DNA from: Octopus vulgaris
Lineage: Eukaryota
DNA length: 64,000 nucleotides
NCBI GenBank assembly: GCA_951406725.2
Contig: OX597831.1
Coordinates: forward strand, 35,898,001-35,962,000
Reading direction: 5' to 3'
Shown: in pieces, positions 50,658 through 63,865 of the stretch
How the letters are laid out: each line of letters starts with the position of its first letter
Numbering within the stretch: the first letter of the stretch is position 1
The notes under the pieces: model-generated
What the model was told of the DNA's origin: nothing
Seen by the model: only the letters and a program-made list of their open reading frames with translations
The model's database searches: none
Made by a program: the position numbers and the translations under genes

Positions 50658-51464
50658 ATATATATATATTTATATATAGAGATAAAGTTATATATATGTA
50701 TATATGTGTGTATACATATATATATATATAAGGTTATTTCTCTGAAAATTATTAAGTGAACTCAAAAGCAAAGAATCTCACAGTAGAAACTTTATGCACC
50801 TAATTGGAAATGCGCCCCCAGTCCATACGTAACCTACATACACTACCATCACCATGTCATCAGCTTTCAATGCTATTACCATAACAACCAAACAACCAAA
50901 CAACCAAACAAAAGAACAAACAAACAAAACACGGAACAAAATTTTGGTTAAAAAAAAGACCTGGTTGCAGTGTATGGAAGTGGAAATGCAGTGTAGATTC
51001 TTTAACAGAGATTCCTGGGGAATGAGAAATGAGTTCCTTCTCTCGCTACTGTCATGATGATTAAGCTCAGTTGAACGGGTCATCCAGTTTGGAACTGTGC
51101 AGTCCTTTTGAAATTTCTAATCAATTAATTTCTCCGAGTTTCCTTTTCTGTAATATATTCTGGCTGATAAACATTAATAAACACACATACATGCACACAC
51201 GCACACATACACACACAAACACACACACACACACACACACACATGCATACATGTACACATACATACATATATGTATGTAAGCAATATATAATACTGTACA
51301 CTTTGATTAATATATATATATGAATATATATGTATATATATGAATTTGGTGTGTGTTATGTTCTATTACGTGATATATGAAAAAATGCAAAAACAAACGA
51401 TGTAACATATACGGAATGTAAAAACATATTGTCGTTTGTTTATATATTTATATATATACATATG

Positions 51465-51523
<59 letters not shown>

Positions 51524-51645
51524 CTAACAAACTATATATATATATACATAGATAGGAATATATCAGCACATAAGTATATACTTATATATACACATACATG
51601 AATATAAATTCAAGTGTGTTTGTGTGTATGTATGTATGTCTGTAT

Positions 51646-51676
<31 letters not shown>

Positions 51677-52261
51677 GTTTACATATACACACACATATAT
51701 AGATATAACTTACTTGGTAAAGGATATGTGGCGTGCAATAATATAATAATATAAATATATATATATATATATACATGCATATATGCATACACATATGTAC
51801 ATACATGTATACGCATATACATATAAATATGTGGGCACAGGACGTCACAAAACATAAACAACAAAAATACGAAATATGAGGACATGAAATAAGGGCATTT
51901 TTTGCAAGCAATGAAAGAAACAAATGGAAAACAACACAAGCAACACAATGAGCGACCCTTCATCAGTTGTCGGCTGTTTATCTAATCCATATTTTGAGCA
52001 ATTCATGATAAGATACATCCTCAACAAAACAGTTGCTCCCGCAAAGCAAAATAAATAATGTTTGAGATTTTGCGGAGGGTCAAGATTGGTGACAAAAACA
52101 AGATACACATACGCATATCTATATATATATGTAAAATTGTGTCCACTTTTCCATGATTGTATGGTCAGATGGAATTTGTTGAGGCAGATTTTTCTATGGT
52201 TAGCTACCATTCCTATCACCAACCCTCACCTTCTTCTCATCAAGGCTTACCTTTAGTGACA

Positions 52262-53332
52262 TATCGGGTTGGTTAAAATTTTAAGCAAAAATTAAGACAG
52301 ATGTTTTAAACACACAGTGATTTATTGAATCAACGATACATATACAGTTTTGTTCCAGTATCTTCTGCTATCTTTGGGGCAGATCCGTTATTTTATGTTC
52401 AAAGAACTTCCTGTTTTTACTGGTGTAAAATTTTTGTGGGGAATTTTTACATTATCTCCAGAGTTGAACATCTAGTGATTCAGTGAATTTTGAAGAGACT
52501 GAAACAGGTGGACACTTGAAAGCACAAGACTGGGTCCATATGGAGGGCACAGTAAAACTTCTCAGCCAAACCTCAGTAATTTCTGCCATGTCCTCAAGGA
52601 AGGGTTTGGTCTGGAATAGTTGGGATGAAGAATAATGTCCTTATGATTAGCAAATGCTGAACACTTCTGGTGGATCACTACATTTAATTTGTTCAGCTGG
52701 TCGCAGTACACATCTGAATTTATGGTCCTGGTCAGGAAAAGAAGCTTGTAAAAGACAAACAACCTTCCAATCCAACCAAATCGAAAGCATAACCTTCTTT
52801 AGGTGAAGTTCTGCTTTGGATGTTATTTGTGGTGATTTGCTCTGCTTCCTCCATGATTGTCTGCACTTCAAATTTTTATAGATGATTAATTTTTCATCCC
52901 CTGACATTATTCTCTTCAAAAAAAGATAATTTATTCATAGTTCTGCTATGAATTTCAAATCGAAATCCATTGATGACGTTAGCCACATTGAGTTGATGTG
53001 AGATTTAAGCATTGAGCTTGCTGACACGACCAAGTTGATGCAGATGGTTTTCAACACTTGATTTGAATATTTGGGAATATTTTGGAAATACCTGTGCTCA
53101 TCTTGGTCATATAACAGAGGTTGGTGCCAATGTTAATCTCACTTGATCAGCTAGATAGAGGTGCATCTTGAACCAATATATTTCCTAATCAAAATCTTGA
53201 AAACCTCTTATGTACCATAACAGCATTCGCTCTGCACACAGTGTGGATTTTTTTTTTGCTTTCTTGTTTTTTTTTTAAATAAAAAAGCTTTTAGTGTCAA
53301 CAAAAATTAAAAAAAATTTTTGACCCACCCAA
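52262..53332 (-). mobile_element. Degenerate near-full-length mariner
   Basis: IMSGDEKLIIYKN, ELHLKKVMLSIWLDWK, INSDVYCDQL, CPPYGPSL; decayed TIRs tcgggttggttaaaattt / ttttgacccacccaa. Confidence 0.85.
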
Positions 53333-53359
53333 TTCATCATTGAATGATATGAACATATA

Positions 53360-53549
53360 AAAGGGTAAAACATCCTTTGGTCACGAATGATCATGGGATT
53401 GCATCTACAAAGTTCCCTTCCAAGGCACATGTCTGGGCAAGGTTGTTTATGGAAGACCAGCAGAACAAAACACTTGGACTGGTCTCAGAATTGAACTCAC
53501 TACTTCATGATTGTGAGCCCAACACTCTAATCATTGAGCCATGCACCAC

Positions 53550-53550
<1 letters not shown>
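53360..53550 (-). mobile_element. SINE family E, internally deleted
   Basis: Tail joined to head, central part missing versus 62360-62690. Confidence 0.7.
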
Positions 53551-53603
<53 letters not shown>

Positions 53604-53685
53604 TATAATATATAATATATAGATAATATATATAATATATATAATATATATAATATATATAATATATATATATATATAATATATA

Positions 53686-53716
<31 letters not shown>

Positions 53717-53869
53717 TCAGATGAATATGGTACTTAAGGTGAAGGCACCAGAATTTAGTATGGTATTATCCATATAATTTAAAATAAGGTGATTATAATC
53801 AAAGTAGGCACCAAGGATATCCAAAGGTAATATATTACCTCTGGATATCCTACTTGTCTGACCATCCCA

Positions 53870-54309
53870 TAGGCCTCCCCTTTGAGAAACACTGATTTAA
53901 CCTAAATTTGAGACACCATTAAAAGAAGAAATAAAGACAGACTTTTTTCTATTCCAAAGAAAAACGATTTATTCACACAAATATGCAACTGAAGAGTTAC
54001 ATATCTCTTTTGCATTTTACTTTTTTGGTCTCTTAAATATACTGCCTTTTGTGGCATTATTTCAAGCCAGCCGGCTGTTTTTGTGCAAACTGCACATGCA
54101 TCGATCGCAACAGATAATGTACTTGTGCGTACAAATGCACGTTCCCACGGCTTTATCGATCGCATTCTCACCTGGAATCGATTTTTGTAACTTTTTCAAG
54201 ACTTATACTCACCCCGATATCGTCAGTATCTACATATCAAATTTGAGCGCAATCGGATGGAGGATGCCCGAGATCCTAGAAGACACACACACAGACAGAA
54301 ACGGATTTC

Positions 54310-54320
<11 letters not shown>
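53870..54320 (-). mobile_element. Helitron-like non-autonomous repeat
   Basis: atatcaaatttgagcgcaatcggatg...acacacacagacagaaacggatttcatataatata terminal pattern typical of Helitron-derived repeats. Confidence 0.45.
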
Positions 54321-54372
<52 letters not shown>

Positions 54373-54899
54373 TCACACACACTATAGGTTTTGTCATAGC
54401 TTTACCAATTTCTAGCAATGAAGCATTAGTTGACCTGAGACACTAGTGGAAAATAAAATATTTTCATAAGGTGTTGCACAGCAGACTTGAATTCAGAAAC
54501 ACACAGTTGCAAAGAATATTGCTAAAACCACATGGCTAAACCACCCACCTTACTGCAGAACATACAGAAATCGGCATTGAAAGTCATGAGTAAGTGATAT
54601 AACACTTTTGGTGATACTGGTAAATAATTCTGAGAAGAAAGATTTTTCTTAATATCTGAATATGGTTCAGACCTTCAAGATATAAGAACAATAACAATTC
54701 ATTATGGAACACAATCTGAAGATTACTTGAAAGAGAGAGTGAGAGAGGCAGAGACAGAGGGATAGAGAGAGAAAGAGAGAGAGAGAGTAAGAGAGACAGT
54801 GGTACTATTTTGTCTATCAGACACCATGTCCGCAGGCATCAAGTACACAATTGTTTTTGGTGTTGATGATGTCATTGTTGTTCAAGAAGATGAATAACA

Positions 54900-55002
54900 A
54901 CTAAAGCTGCTGCTACTGCTACTGCTACTATCATTACTACTACTACTACTACTGCTGCTAGCAATAATAATGATGATGATTATAATTATAACAATGAATA
55001 CA

Positions 55003-55040
<38 letters not shown>

Positions 55041-55090
55041 TGATGATGATGATGATAATAATGGTAATAGTAATAATGATAATAATAATG

Positions 55091-55146
<56 letters not shown>

Positions 55147-55190
55147 AAGAAGAAGAAGAAGAAGAAGAAGAAGAAGAAGAAGAAGAAGAA
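54900..55190. repeat. (CTA)n/(AAT)n/(GAA)n microsatellites
   Basis: Direct reading. Confidence 0.93.
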
Positions 55191-55665
55191 AGAATATAAG
55201 AAATGTCATGACAATAAAGCAAGGCTAGTCCATTGGATACTTTGCAAAAAGTATGGACTTGACAGAGCAAAAAACTGGTATGAACATAAACTCGAAGGCA
55301 TCATCGAAAATGATAATGCTAAGATCCTATGGGATTTTATGATTCAGTGCAACCATGAGATAGCGAACAGGAAACCAGATATAGAGTTAATTGAGAAAGA
55401 AAGCAAACGATGCTGGCTCATAGATATAGCATGTCCAGCTGACAACAAGGTATGTGATAAGGCGGAAAGAAAAGTTGATAGCCAGATTAGTGTGGGAGAT
55501 TAAGCAGTTGTGGTCACTGGAAAAGGTGGTAGTAGTACCAATAATTGTTGGACCCTTATCAGATGGGTAGTCATGATGGGTATACTGGGCTTCGTATATT
55601 TGTACCCCAGTGTCACTTTGATGGCATGCACTGCTCTCTCACTCAATGATAATAATAATAATAAT
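55190..55665 (+). pseudogene. Dong/R4 RLE fragment fused to its 3' terminus
   Basis: YKKCHDNKARLVHWILCKKYG..WYEHK..KILWDFMIQCNHEIANRKPDI..CWLIDIACPAD; tail ends in (AAT)n. Confidence 0.9.
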
Positions 55666-55669
55666 GATG

Positions 55670-56080
55670 AGAAGAAGGAGAAGAAGAAGAGGAGGAGGAA
55701 GAAGAAAAGAAGAAGCAAGAGAAGAAGAAAAAGAAGAAAGAAGATAACAAAGAAGAAGAAAAAGATGACAAAGAAGAAGAATAGGAAGGAGGAGAAGGAA
55801 GAGAACAAGAAAAGGTGAAGGAGGAGAAAAAGAAGAAATAGAAAAGTAGAAGGAAAAAGAGAAAAAAGAGGAAAAAAAGTTGATGATGATAAAGAGTGGT
55901 AGGAGGAAAAACAGGAGTAGATAGTGGTGGTGATGATGAAGTTTAGAATGACGGTGAGGAGGGGGAGGTGAAGAAGAAGAAGAAGAAGAAGAAGAAGAAG
56001 AAGAAGAAGAAGAAGAAGAAGAAGAAGAAGAAGAAGAAGAAGAAGAAGAAGAAGAAGAAGAAGGAGAGGAAGAAGAGAAT
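55670..56080. repeat. (GAA)n-rich purine tract
   Basis: Direct reading. Confidence 0.92.
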
Positions 56081-56304
56081 TTAAAAACAGGCAGTAACAC
56101 CAACATGATTTCTATCTTCCAAGAAGAAAAATACACAATTTCTTCAAAGAGAAAAGATTAGAAAATAAAGAAAAATAAAAAATACATGAAAAATATAAAA
56201 AGTAATGAAAACTAACTTTTGGCTGTAAAATTATTGATTCTGTCAAAAAAGAGAATCTTTCCATATTTGTTAAAAGTTTCAGTACAGAAAACAGAAATGT
56301 GTAG

Positions 56305-56348
<44 letters not shown>

Positions 56349-56351
56349 ATA

Positions 56352-56392
<41 letters not shown>

Positions 56393-56492
56393 ATATGCAT
56401 ATATATATGTATATATATATATATATATAAACATATAAATATGTATATATGCATATCTGTACTTTTATAAATATATATATACACATACATAT

Positions 56493-56532
<40 letters not shown>

Positions 56533-56534
<2 letters not shown>

Positions 56535-56740
56535 CGGGAAGCTTTATGAAAATAAACAAAAGACGAAGGCAGGTGGAAAACAAACGAACAATTGTATTAG
56601 TATGGCGCTCAGGAAATATAAATAAAACAAGTCTTTAACGTTTCGAGCCTACGCTCTTCAACAGAAAGATACACAGAGAGAGAAAAACACAGAAAGAAGG
56701 AGAGAAAAAATGCATGCAGTAGCTAACGAATCAACATTAC
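56533..56740 (-). mobile_element. ~200-bp element in (TA)n with variant hammerhead motif (56632-56669)
   Basis: Minus strand tcttt-CTGTTGA-a-gagc(gtag)gctc-GAAA-C-GTT-aaaga. Confidence 0.7.
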
Positions 56741-57291
56741 GTATATATGTATATATATATATATATATATACACATACATATATATTTATGTACACACAC
56801 ACACTCATATATATGAATATATGTATACGCATATATATATAATACTCACAGACACATGCACACACATTTACAGAGACACATATATCTAAGCTAGGATATC
56901 ATTTTTGTCTTTACAAGAAATTCAGTTTCTCTGTTTGGACACATGGATTATTTATCTCAATTATACAATTTTCATTTAATATCTTCCGTATTATCCACTT
57001 TAGAAGTTTTGTTACAGTAATAGCATTAACGTTTGGCATGATACCACACAAGAATATATATAAGATGGATGGTTAAAATTCCTTCATCTCTCATTTTACT
57101 GCATCAAACAAAAAGCTCAGTTTAAGTCAACAGAAATCTTAGCTTTCTTTTATATTCATGGTCTGTCTGTCTGTCCATCCGTTTGTCCGTCAGTCTGTCT
57201 GTCTCTGTCTCTGTCTCTCTCTCTCTTTCTTTCGTTTGCTTTCTCTCGCCACTCATGCTTGCAACAAATCTACACATACATACATATCTGT

Positions 57292-57600
57292 TTATTCTTT
57301 TACGTGTTTCAGTCATTCAACTGCGACCATGCTGGAGCACCAGCTTAAAGGGTTTTAGTCGAAGAAAGAAATCGACCGACGCCCCCACCTTCCACCAGGA
57401 CTTATTTTTTTGTAAGCCTAGTACTTGTTCTATCGGTACCTTTTGCCAAACTGCTAGGTTACGGGGGACATAAACACACCAGCATCGGTTGTCAAGTGAT
57501 GGTGGCTGGACAAACACAGACTGAAAGACAAACACACATAAGCATGTACAGCCCCCCCCCCCCCACACACACACAGACACACACCACACACACACACACA
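57292..57600 (-). mobile_element. SINE family B 3' half
   Basis: tttcagtcatt...ccatgctggagcacc...catcggttgtcaag. Confidence 0.8.
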
Positions 57601-57889
57601 TATACATATACACTGAGCACCTCAACAGAAATATGGTGACAAAAGAGTTAAAGTAGTTTTCAGAGAGATTCAGCACAATACAGAGTGTGCTGAGGCTGGC
57701 CCTTTGAATTACAAGTGCAATGCATTTTTGCCAGCAGAATGGACCTGAGCCATATCAAACAGTGTGTCTTGCTTAAGGACATAATGCATCACCAAAAATC
57801 AAACTCAAGACCTTACAACCTTGAGCTGAATGCCTTAACCATTAAGCCAATGTACCTTTACATTTTTATACATTAACAAGTTACTGCTA

Positions 57890-58510
57890 ACTCTTTACTC
57901 TTTTACTTGTTTCAGTCATTTGACTGTGGTCATGCTGGAGCACCACCTGTAGTCGAGCGAATCGACCCCAGGACTTATTCTTTGTAAGCCTAGTACTTAT
58001 TCTATCGGTCTCTTTTGGCGAACCGCTAAGTTACAGGGATATAAACACACCAGCATCGGTTGTCAAGCAATGTTGGGGGCACAAACACAGACACACAAAC
58101 ATATGCACACACATACATACATATACATATATATAGTTAATCCAAACATGAAAACACAACAACGCGAGGACATGGAACAAATATAGTATTATTGGACGCT
58201 TAGGAAGGAAGGGAAGAAGGAGGGTTTAACGTTTCGAGCAGAGCTCTTCGTCGGAAACATAGGAGAAGGGATGATCCAGAGAAGGGAAGACAGAGGAAAA
58301 AAAATCACCAGCGGTACACATGCGGTCACATATATATATATATATATATATATATGCGACGGGCTTCTTTCAGTTTCCATCTACCAAATCCACTCACAAG
58401 GCTTTGGTCAGTCTGAGGCTATAGTAGAAGACACTTGCCCAAGGTGCCATGCAGTGGCACTGAGCCCAGAACCATGTGGTTTGTAAACAAGCTACTTACC
58501 ACACAGCCAG
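57890..58510 (-). mobile_element. SINE family B, full length, hosting the 194-bp element
   Basis: Tail 57890-58100, head 58355-58510. Confidence 0.88.
58136..58329 (-). mobile_element. 194-bp hammerhead-bearing element, second copy
   Basis: Motif at 58224-58258 reads gttt-CCGACGA-a-gagc(tct)gctc-GAAA-C-GTT-aaac (U4 to C). Confidence 0.85.
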
Positions 58511-59044
58511 ATCAATTGATTAGTATTTAATTACTGTTTGTTGGGTGGGAGTTTGATTCCCCTGGAGTTTAAATTTTATCAGTCATTAAACTTTTCAGAG
58601 TTACAATGTTTTTTTTCATTTCTTTTTTTATTTCTAGTTATTTGTTTTTCTTTTGTTGCATTTTGTGCTGAAGGAAAGGAATATTCTGCTGCTACATAAC
58701 AAAATTGGTCATAAAATTTAATCTAAAAAAATAAACAGAAATTCTCATAAACATTTTGTTGAATATTAAAATTGGTTTGTATCTTTTATCACACAATCAT
58801 TCTATTAGTACTAATTATTGGTTTCTAATTTTGGCATAAGGCCAGCAATTTCAGAGTAGGGAGTAAGTCTACATTACTCTCAGTGTTCAAATGACACTTA
58901 TTTCATCAGCCCTGAAAGAATGAAAGACAAAGTCCACTTTGACAGAATGTAAAGACAGATGAAATTCTTGAGTATTTTACTTGTTGTGCTGACAATTCTG
59001 TCAACTTGACACCTTGCTATAGGTAATAATTATCGTAACCTAGT

Positions 59045-59460
59045 GAAGGGAGCAAGCTGGCAAAAATGTTAGCACACTGGGTGAAATGCTTAGCAGTATT
59101 TCGTCTGCTGTTACGTCCTGAGTTCAAATTCTGCCCAGGTAGACTTTGCCTTTCATCCTTTTGGGGGCGATAAATTAAGTACCAGTTATGCACTGGGGTC
59201 GATATAATCAACTTAATCTGTTTGTCTGTCCTTGTTTGTCCTCTCTGTGTTTAGCCCCTTGTAGGTAGTAAAGAAATAGGTATTTCGTCTGCCTTTATTT
59301 TATTTTCTGAGTTCAAATTCTGCTGAGGTAGACTTTGCCTTGCATCCTTTCAGGGTCGATAAATTAAGTACCAGTTGCGTACTGGGGTCGATCTAATTGA
59401 CTGGTTCCCCCACCCAAAAAAAAGTTTTGGGTGTTGTGCTTAGAGTAGGAAAGAATAATT
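59045..59460 (+). mobile_element. SINE family D dimer
   Basis: Two units; the second has the alternative tail seen at 21610-21755. Confidence 0.85.
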
Positions 59461-59682
59461 ATTGTAACCTCATTTCTCAGTTTTATGATCACAGTTAAAT
59501 TTGAAATGACTTCAATTAAATCTTGTTAGTTTAGAATTTGCAAACCATGCACTTGGGAAAAGAATAATGATTCAGCTGAAGAAATAATTGGAAGTTTTAT
59601 AAAAGACATTGACTGTACGACAGGAAATATGCTTCAAACAGACGATTATCGTTTGAGAGATTTCCTTTATTTAACTAAATAT

Positions 59683-60300
59683 TAGGTGCAGGAGTGGCTG
59701 TTTGGTAAGAAGTTCGCTTCTCAACCACATGGTTCTGGGTTCGGTCCCACTGTATGGCACTTTGGGCTAGTGTCTTCTACTATAGCCTCAAGCTAACCAA
59801 AGCCTTGTAAGTAGATTTAGTAGATGGAAACTAAAAGAAGCCCTTTGGATGTATGTGTGTGTGTGTGTGATGCCAATGTCACATACCTGACACCCATGCC
59901 AGTGGCATGAAAATTACCTCTTTCAAGCATTGAGCCTCACAGAGGCAATTTGGCCGATGCCAGTATTATGTAATTAGCACCTGTGTTGGTGACATGTAAA
60001 GAAGCACCTTTCAAGCGTTGGACCTCATGAAGACAATGACCATTAGTAATATGCCCTGCTTGAGTAGAAGACCCATCAAGCCAAGTGAAATCATAGTCTT
60101 GGCAGATACTGGTGTCAAGCAACTGGCACCCGTGCCAGTGACTCGTAAAAGCACCCATTACACTCTCGGTGCAGTTGGCATTAAGAAGGGCATCCAGTCC
60201 AGCCATACAAACCATGCCAAATCAATCTGGAGTCTGGTGCAGCTTCTTCAGCTTACCAACCCTGGTCAAACTGTTCAAACCATGCCAGCATGGACAACAG
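59683..60300 (+). mobile_element. SINE B head followed by SINE C body
   Basis: ggtgcaggagtggctg...aaagaagccc, (TG)n, then aaaagcacccattacactctcgg...catgccagcatgg. Confidence 0.75.
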
Positions 60301-60737
60301 TTAAGCATTTTGCCCTGTGTGCTAACGTTTCTTATTTCTTTATTGCCCACAAGGTGCTAGACACAGAGGGGACAAACAAGGACAGACAAAGGGATTAAGT
60401 CGATTACATTGACTCCAGTACATAACTGGTACTTAATTTATCAACTTCGAAAGGATGAAAGGCAAAGTCGACCTCGGCGGAATTTTAACTCAGAACATAA
60501 TGGCAGACAAAATACCTATTTCTTTACTACCCACAAGGGGCTAAACACAGAGAAGACAAACAAAGACAGACAAACGGATTAAGTTGATTATATTGACTCC
60601 CGTGCATAACTGGTACTTAATTTATCAACCTCGAAAGGATGAAAGGCAAAGTCGACCTCGGTGGAATTTGAACTAAGAACGTAATGGCAGATGAAATAAC
60701 GCTAAGCATTTTGCCCCGCATGCTAGCTTGCCGCCTT
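60300..60737 (-). mobile_element. SINE family D dimer
   Basis: Same two-unit organisation as 4013-4420. Confidence 0.85.
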
Positions 60738-61109
60738 TGTGGTTTGGAAATATTGAAGGATCAAAGAGGGACAGGGGAATGGGTTTAGATGGGTTGGGTT
60801 ACAATTATATCCATAAAGCTATGAAAATACAAGAAAAAATAGGTGTCAAAAGTATAAAAATCAAAAAAAAATTAATAGTTGTTTTGATGATTTATTGTTA
60901 ACAGGAATGCATTCATTTTCTTTGTGCTTCCTTAGTGGCTGTGAAAATAATTTAATATTCTGAAAAGCAAACGAAAATAAGGAAAGCAGCTTCTGTGTTC
61001 TTGATGTCTGAACTCCTGAATACCCAATTTGATGAGTGATCATATTTAATGCCTTTCTACACAGCAGTGCAGGGAGAGACTCTTGGATATTTGAGTATTT
61101 CAAAGAAGC

Positions 61110-61860
61110 ACTGCTAAGAGAGGAACAGAAAAGTTAAGAGAAGGATTGAGAAGGTAGGGGACAGAAAAGCTAAGATTGGAATAGAAAAGTTAAGAGAGGG
61201 ATTGGGAAGGTAGGAGACAGAAAAAACTATGAGAGGGATAGAAAAGTAAAGAGAGGGGCGGAAAAACTAATAGAGGGATGGAAAAATTAAGAGATGGATT
61301 GGGAATGTAGGGAACAGAAAAGTTAAGAGCAGAACAGAAAAGTTAAGAGAGGGGCGGAAAAACTAAGAGAGGGATTAGGAAGGTAGGGGACAGAAAAAAC
61401 TATGAAAGGGACAGAAAGGTTAAGAGAGGGGGCGGAAAAACTAATAGAGGGATGGATAAGTTAAGAGAGGGATTGGGAATGTAGGGGACAGAAAAGTTAA
61501 GAGAAGGACGGAAAAGCTAAGAGAGGGATTAGGAAGGTAGGGGATAGAAAAAACTATGAAAGGGACAGAAAGGTTAAGAGAGGGGCAGAAAAACTAATAG
61601 AGGGATGGGAAAGTTAAGAAAGAGACTCAGAATATAGGGGACAGAACAGCTATGGAAGGGACAGAAAAGCTAAGGGGCACAGAAAAGTTCAGAGAGGGAA
61701 AGAAAAGGTAAAGGAGGGAAAGAAAACTTAAGAGAAGGACTGGGAAGGTAGGGGGACAGAAAAGCTATCAAAGGGACAGAAAAGCTAAGGGGGACAGAAA
61801 ATTTAAGAGGGGCCAGGAAAGGTAAAAGAGAGACAGAAAAGCTAAGAGAAGAACTGAAAA
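61110..61860. repeat. Purine-rich minisatellite (~20/40-bp units)
   Basis: Repeats of agagagggattgggaaggtaggggacagaaaagtta. Confidence 0.9.
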
Positions 61861-62359
61861 AGTGGTCTGCTGTGAACGTATGCAGCATTAAAAATTTCTC
61901 TAAAGACCTTCATTGAGTTAGTAGTTAATGTATTGAACAAGGCACTATTTCACTGCTGCAACACAAAACTGGACTCACTTCTTAGTTTCTTATAATATAT
62001 CACTGATCTAACAATATGAAAAAGAATATCTGAAAGCATCCACCTTCCATATTCTACCTATGGTCTTAACATAGCAGAATTACAATGAATGCAAGTAATA
62101 CATAATTCAATAGATTTCTTGCTGTGATGAAATAAAGATTTGCTGGGGTGGGGTCGTATTGTTGGCTAATTGGGGGTGGTGTGCAACAAAAATTCTAATA
62201 CTTCAAGTGTTAGGGATAAGATGACCATTGGCTTTTTAGCATGTGGATGTGGTGTACAACATATTGCATCCCTGGAAATCAGTGTCACTTCCACATCTAC
62301 TTTCTTGCTTGTTTTTTTTTTGTCTAATGGACAGTTTTTTTTTCTTGTGGATTGGGACC

Positions 62360-62840
62360 AGGCTGTGTGTTGTGTCAGGCTCACAATCATGAGGTAATGA
62401 GTTCAATTCCCAGACAGACCGAGTTGTGTATTGTGTTCTTGAGCAAGACACTTTATTTCACGTTGCTCCAGTCCACTCAGTGTAGAAATGAGTTGTGATG
62501 TCACTGGTGCCAAGCTGTATTGGCCCCTTGAATAGCATTGGTGGCATAGAGAAGGGATGCTGGTATGCATGGGCGACTGCTGGTCTTCCATAAACAACCT
62601 TGCCCGGACTTGTGCCTTGGAAGGGAACATTCTAGATGCAATTCCATGGTCATTCATGACTGAAGGGTTTCTTTACCCTTTACCCTATATACATATAATG
62701 GCATGGAAAAGGAAGACTGGAATGCAATGGCCAACTGCTGGTCCTCCATAAACAACCTTGCCCAGACCTGTGCTTTGGAGGGTAACTTTTGATGTGCAAT
62801 CCCATGGTCATTCATGACCGAAGGGTGTCTTTACCCTTTT
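62360..62840 (+). mobile_element. SINE family E with tandemly duplicated 3' half
   Basis: ctgctggtc.tccataaacaaccttgccc...ctttaccctt present twice. Confidence 0.8.
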
Positions 62841-63464
62841 ATTTCATCCAAATAAAATAAGTTACACATTTTTCTTCTTTGCTGGAATCTAGTAAATTAC
62901 ATTTTATTAGTTGAGTACTCAAAGCCCAAATTACAATCACAGTTACAACATCAAGAAATAAATAAAATGTTAACTTGACAGTTTTTCTGAGCTTTAGATG
63001 ACAAGAATGGACTTCCCATGTAATTGCTTCAGCTTCAATACAAAATTTCAGATCAAGACACTTGCCAGAACAATAAAAAAAAAACAAAAAACAAAAAAAA
63101 ACAACTGCAAAAGAATAAACAAAAGCACAAAAATAAAACAAATCCTCTCCAACGTGACCCTCCCTCTTTTAAAAATCCTCTCCATCACACAAGCTCTCAC
63201 CAAGTAATTCCATTCATTTGCTACACCAAATACCCTCTTGTTTATATATCTGTACCTTGTCTTCAAAAATACCCATTGAGGTTCACTGTTGGGTTATTTC
63301 ACACTGAATGATAACGATACACTTGAGTGATCGTTAACTTTGCGCAATTGCTTTCTGTTCATCAAACCTCTATTATAACAACTCTCAGAATAGATTGGCC
63401 TCTAAAAAAAAACAAAAAAAAACCCTTTAAAAATACAAACATACAAAATCAATAATAAAAATTG

Positions 63465-63865
63465 CTACAGCTGCTGCTACTGGCACTGCTACTACTATTA
63501 CTACTACTACTGATGATGATAATGATGATTATGATGATGATGATGATAATATTAGCAGTTCTGAAATAATACCACCATGGTCTCCACCATAACTTCCACA
63601 ATCTCTACCCTTAGCAGCAACATCAGCACCACCACCACCACCAACAACAACAACAGCAACAACAACACTACCACTACCACCACCACCACCACCACCAACA
63701 ACAACAGAAATAATTCCTTTTAATAATATTAACAGTAGTGGTAGTAGTAGTAATAATAACAACAACAACAATAATTATAATAATAATAATAATCATAATA
63801 ATGATAATAATAATCATTATAATAATAATGATAATAATAATAATGATAATAATAATAATCATAAT
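63465..63865. repeat. (CTA)/(GAT)/(CAC)/(AAT) trinucleotide field
   Basis: Direct reading. Confidence 0.9.

Noticed and set aside
51830-52110. Minus-strand CTGATGA in an element flanked by TA repeats
   Set aside because: No correctly placed GAAA or stems in this copy; may be a decayed member but unsupported
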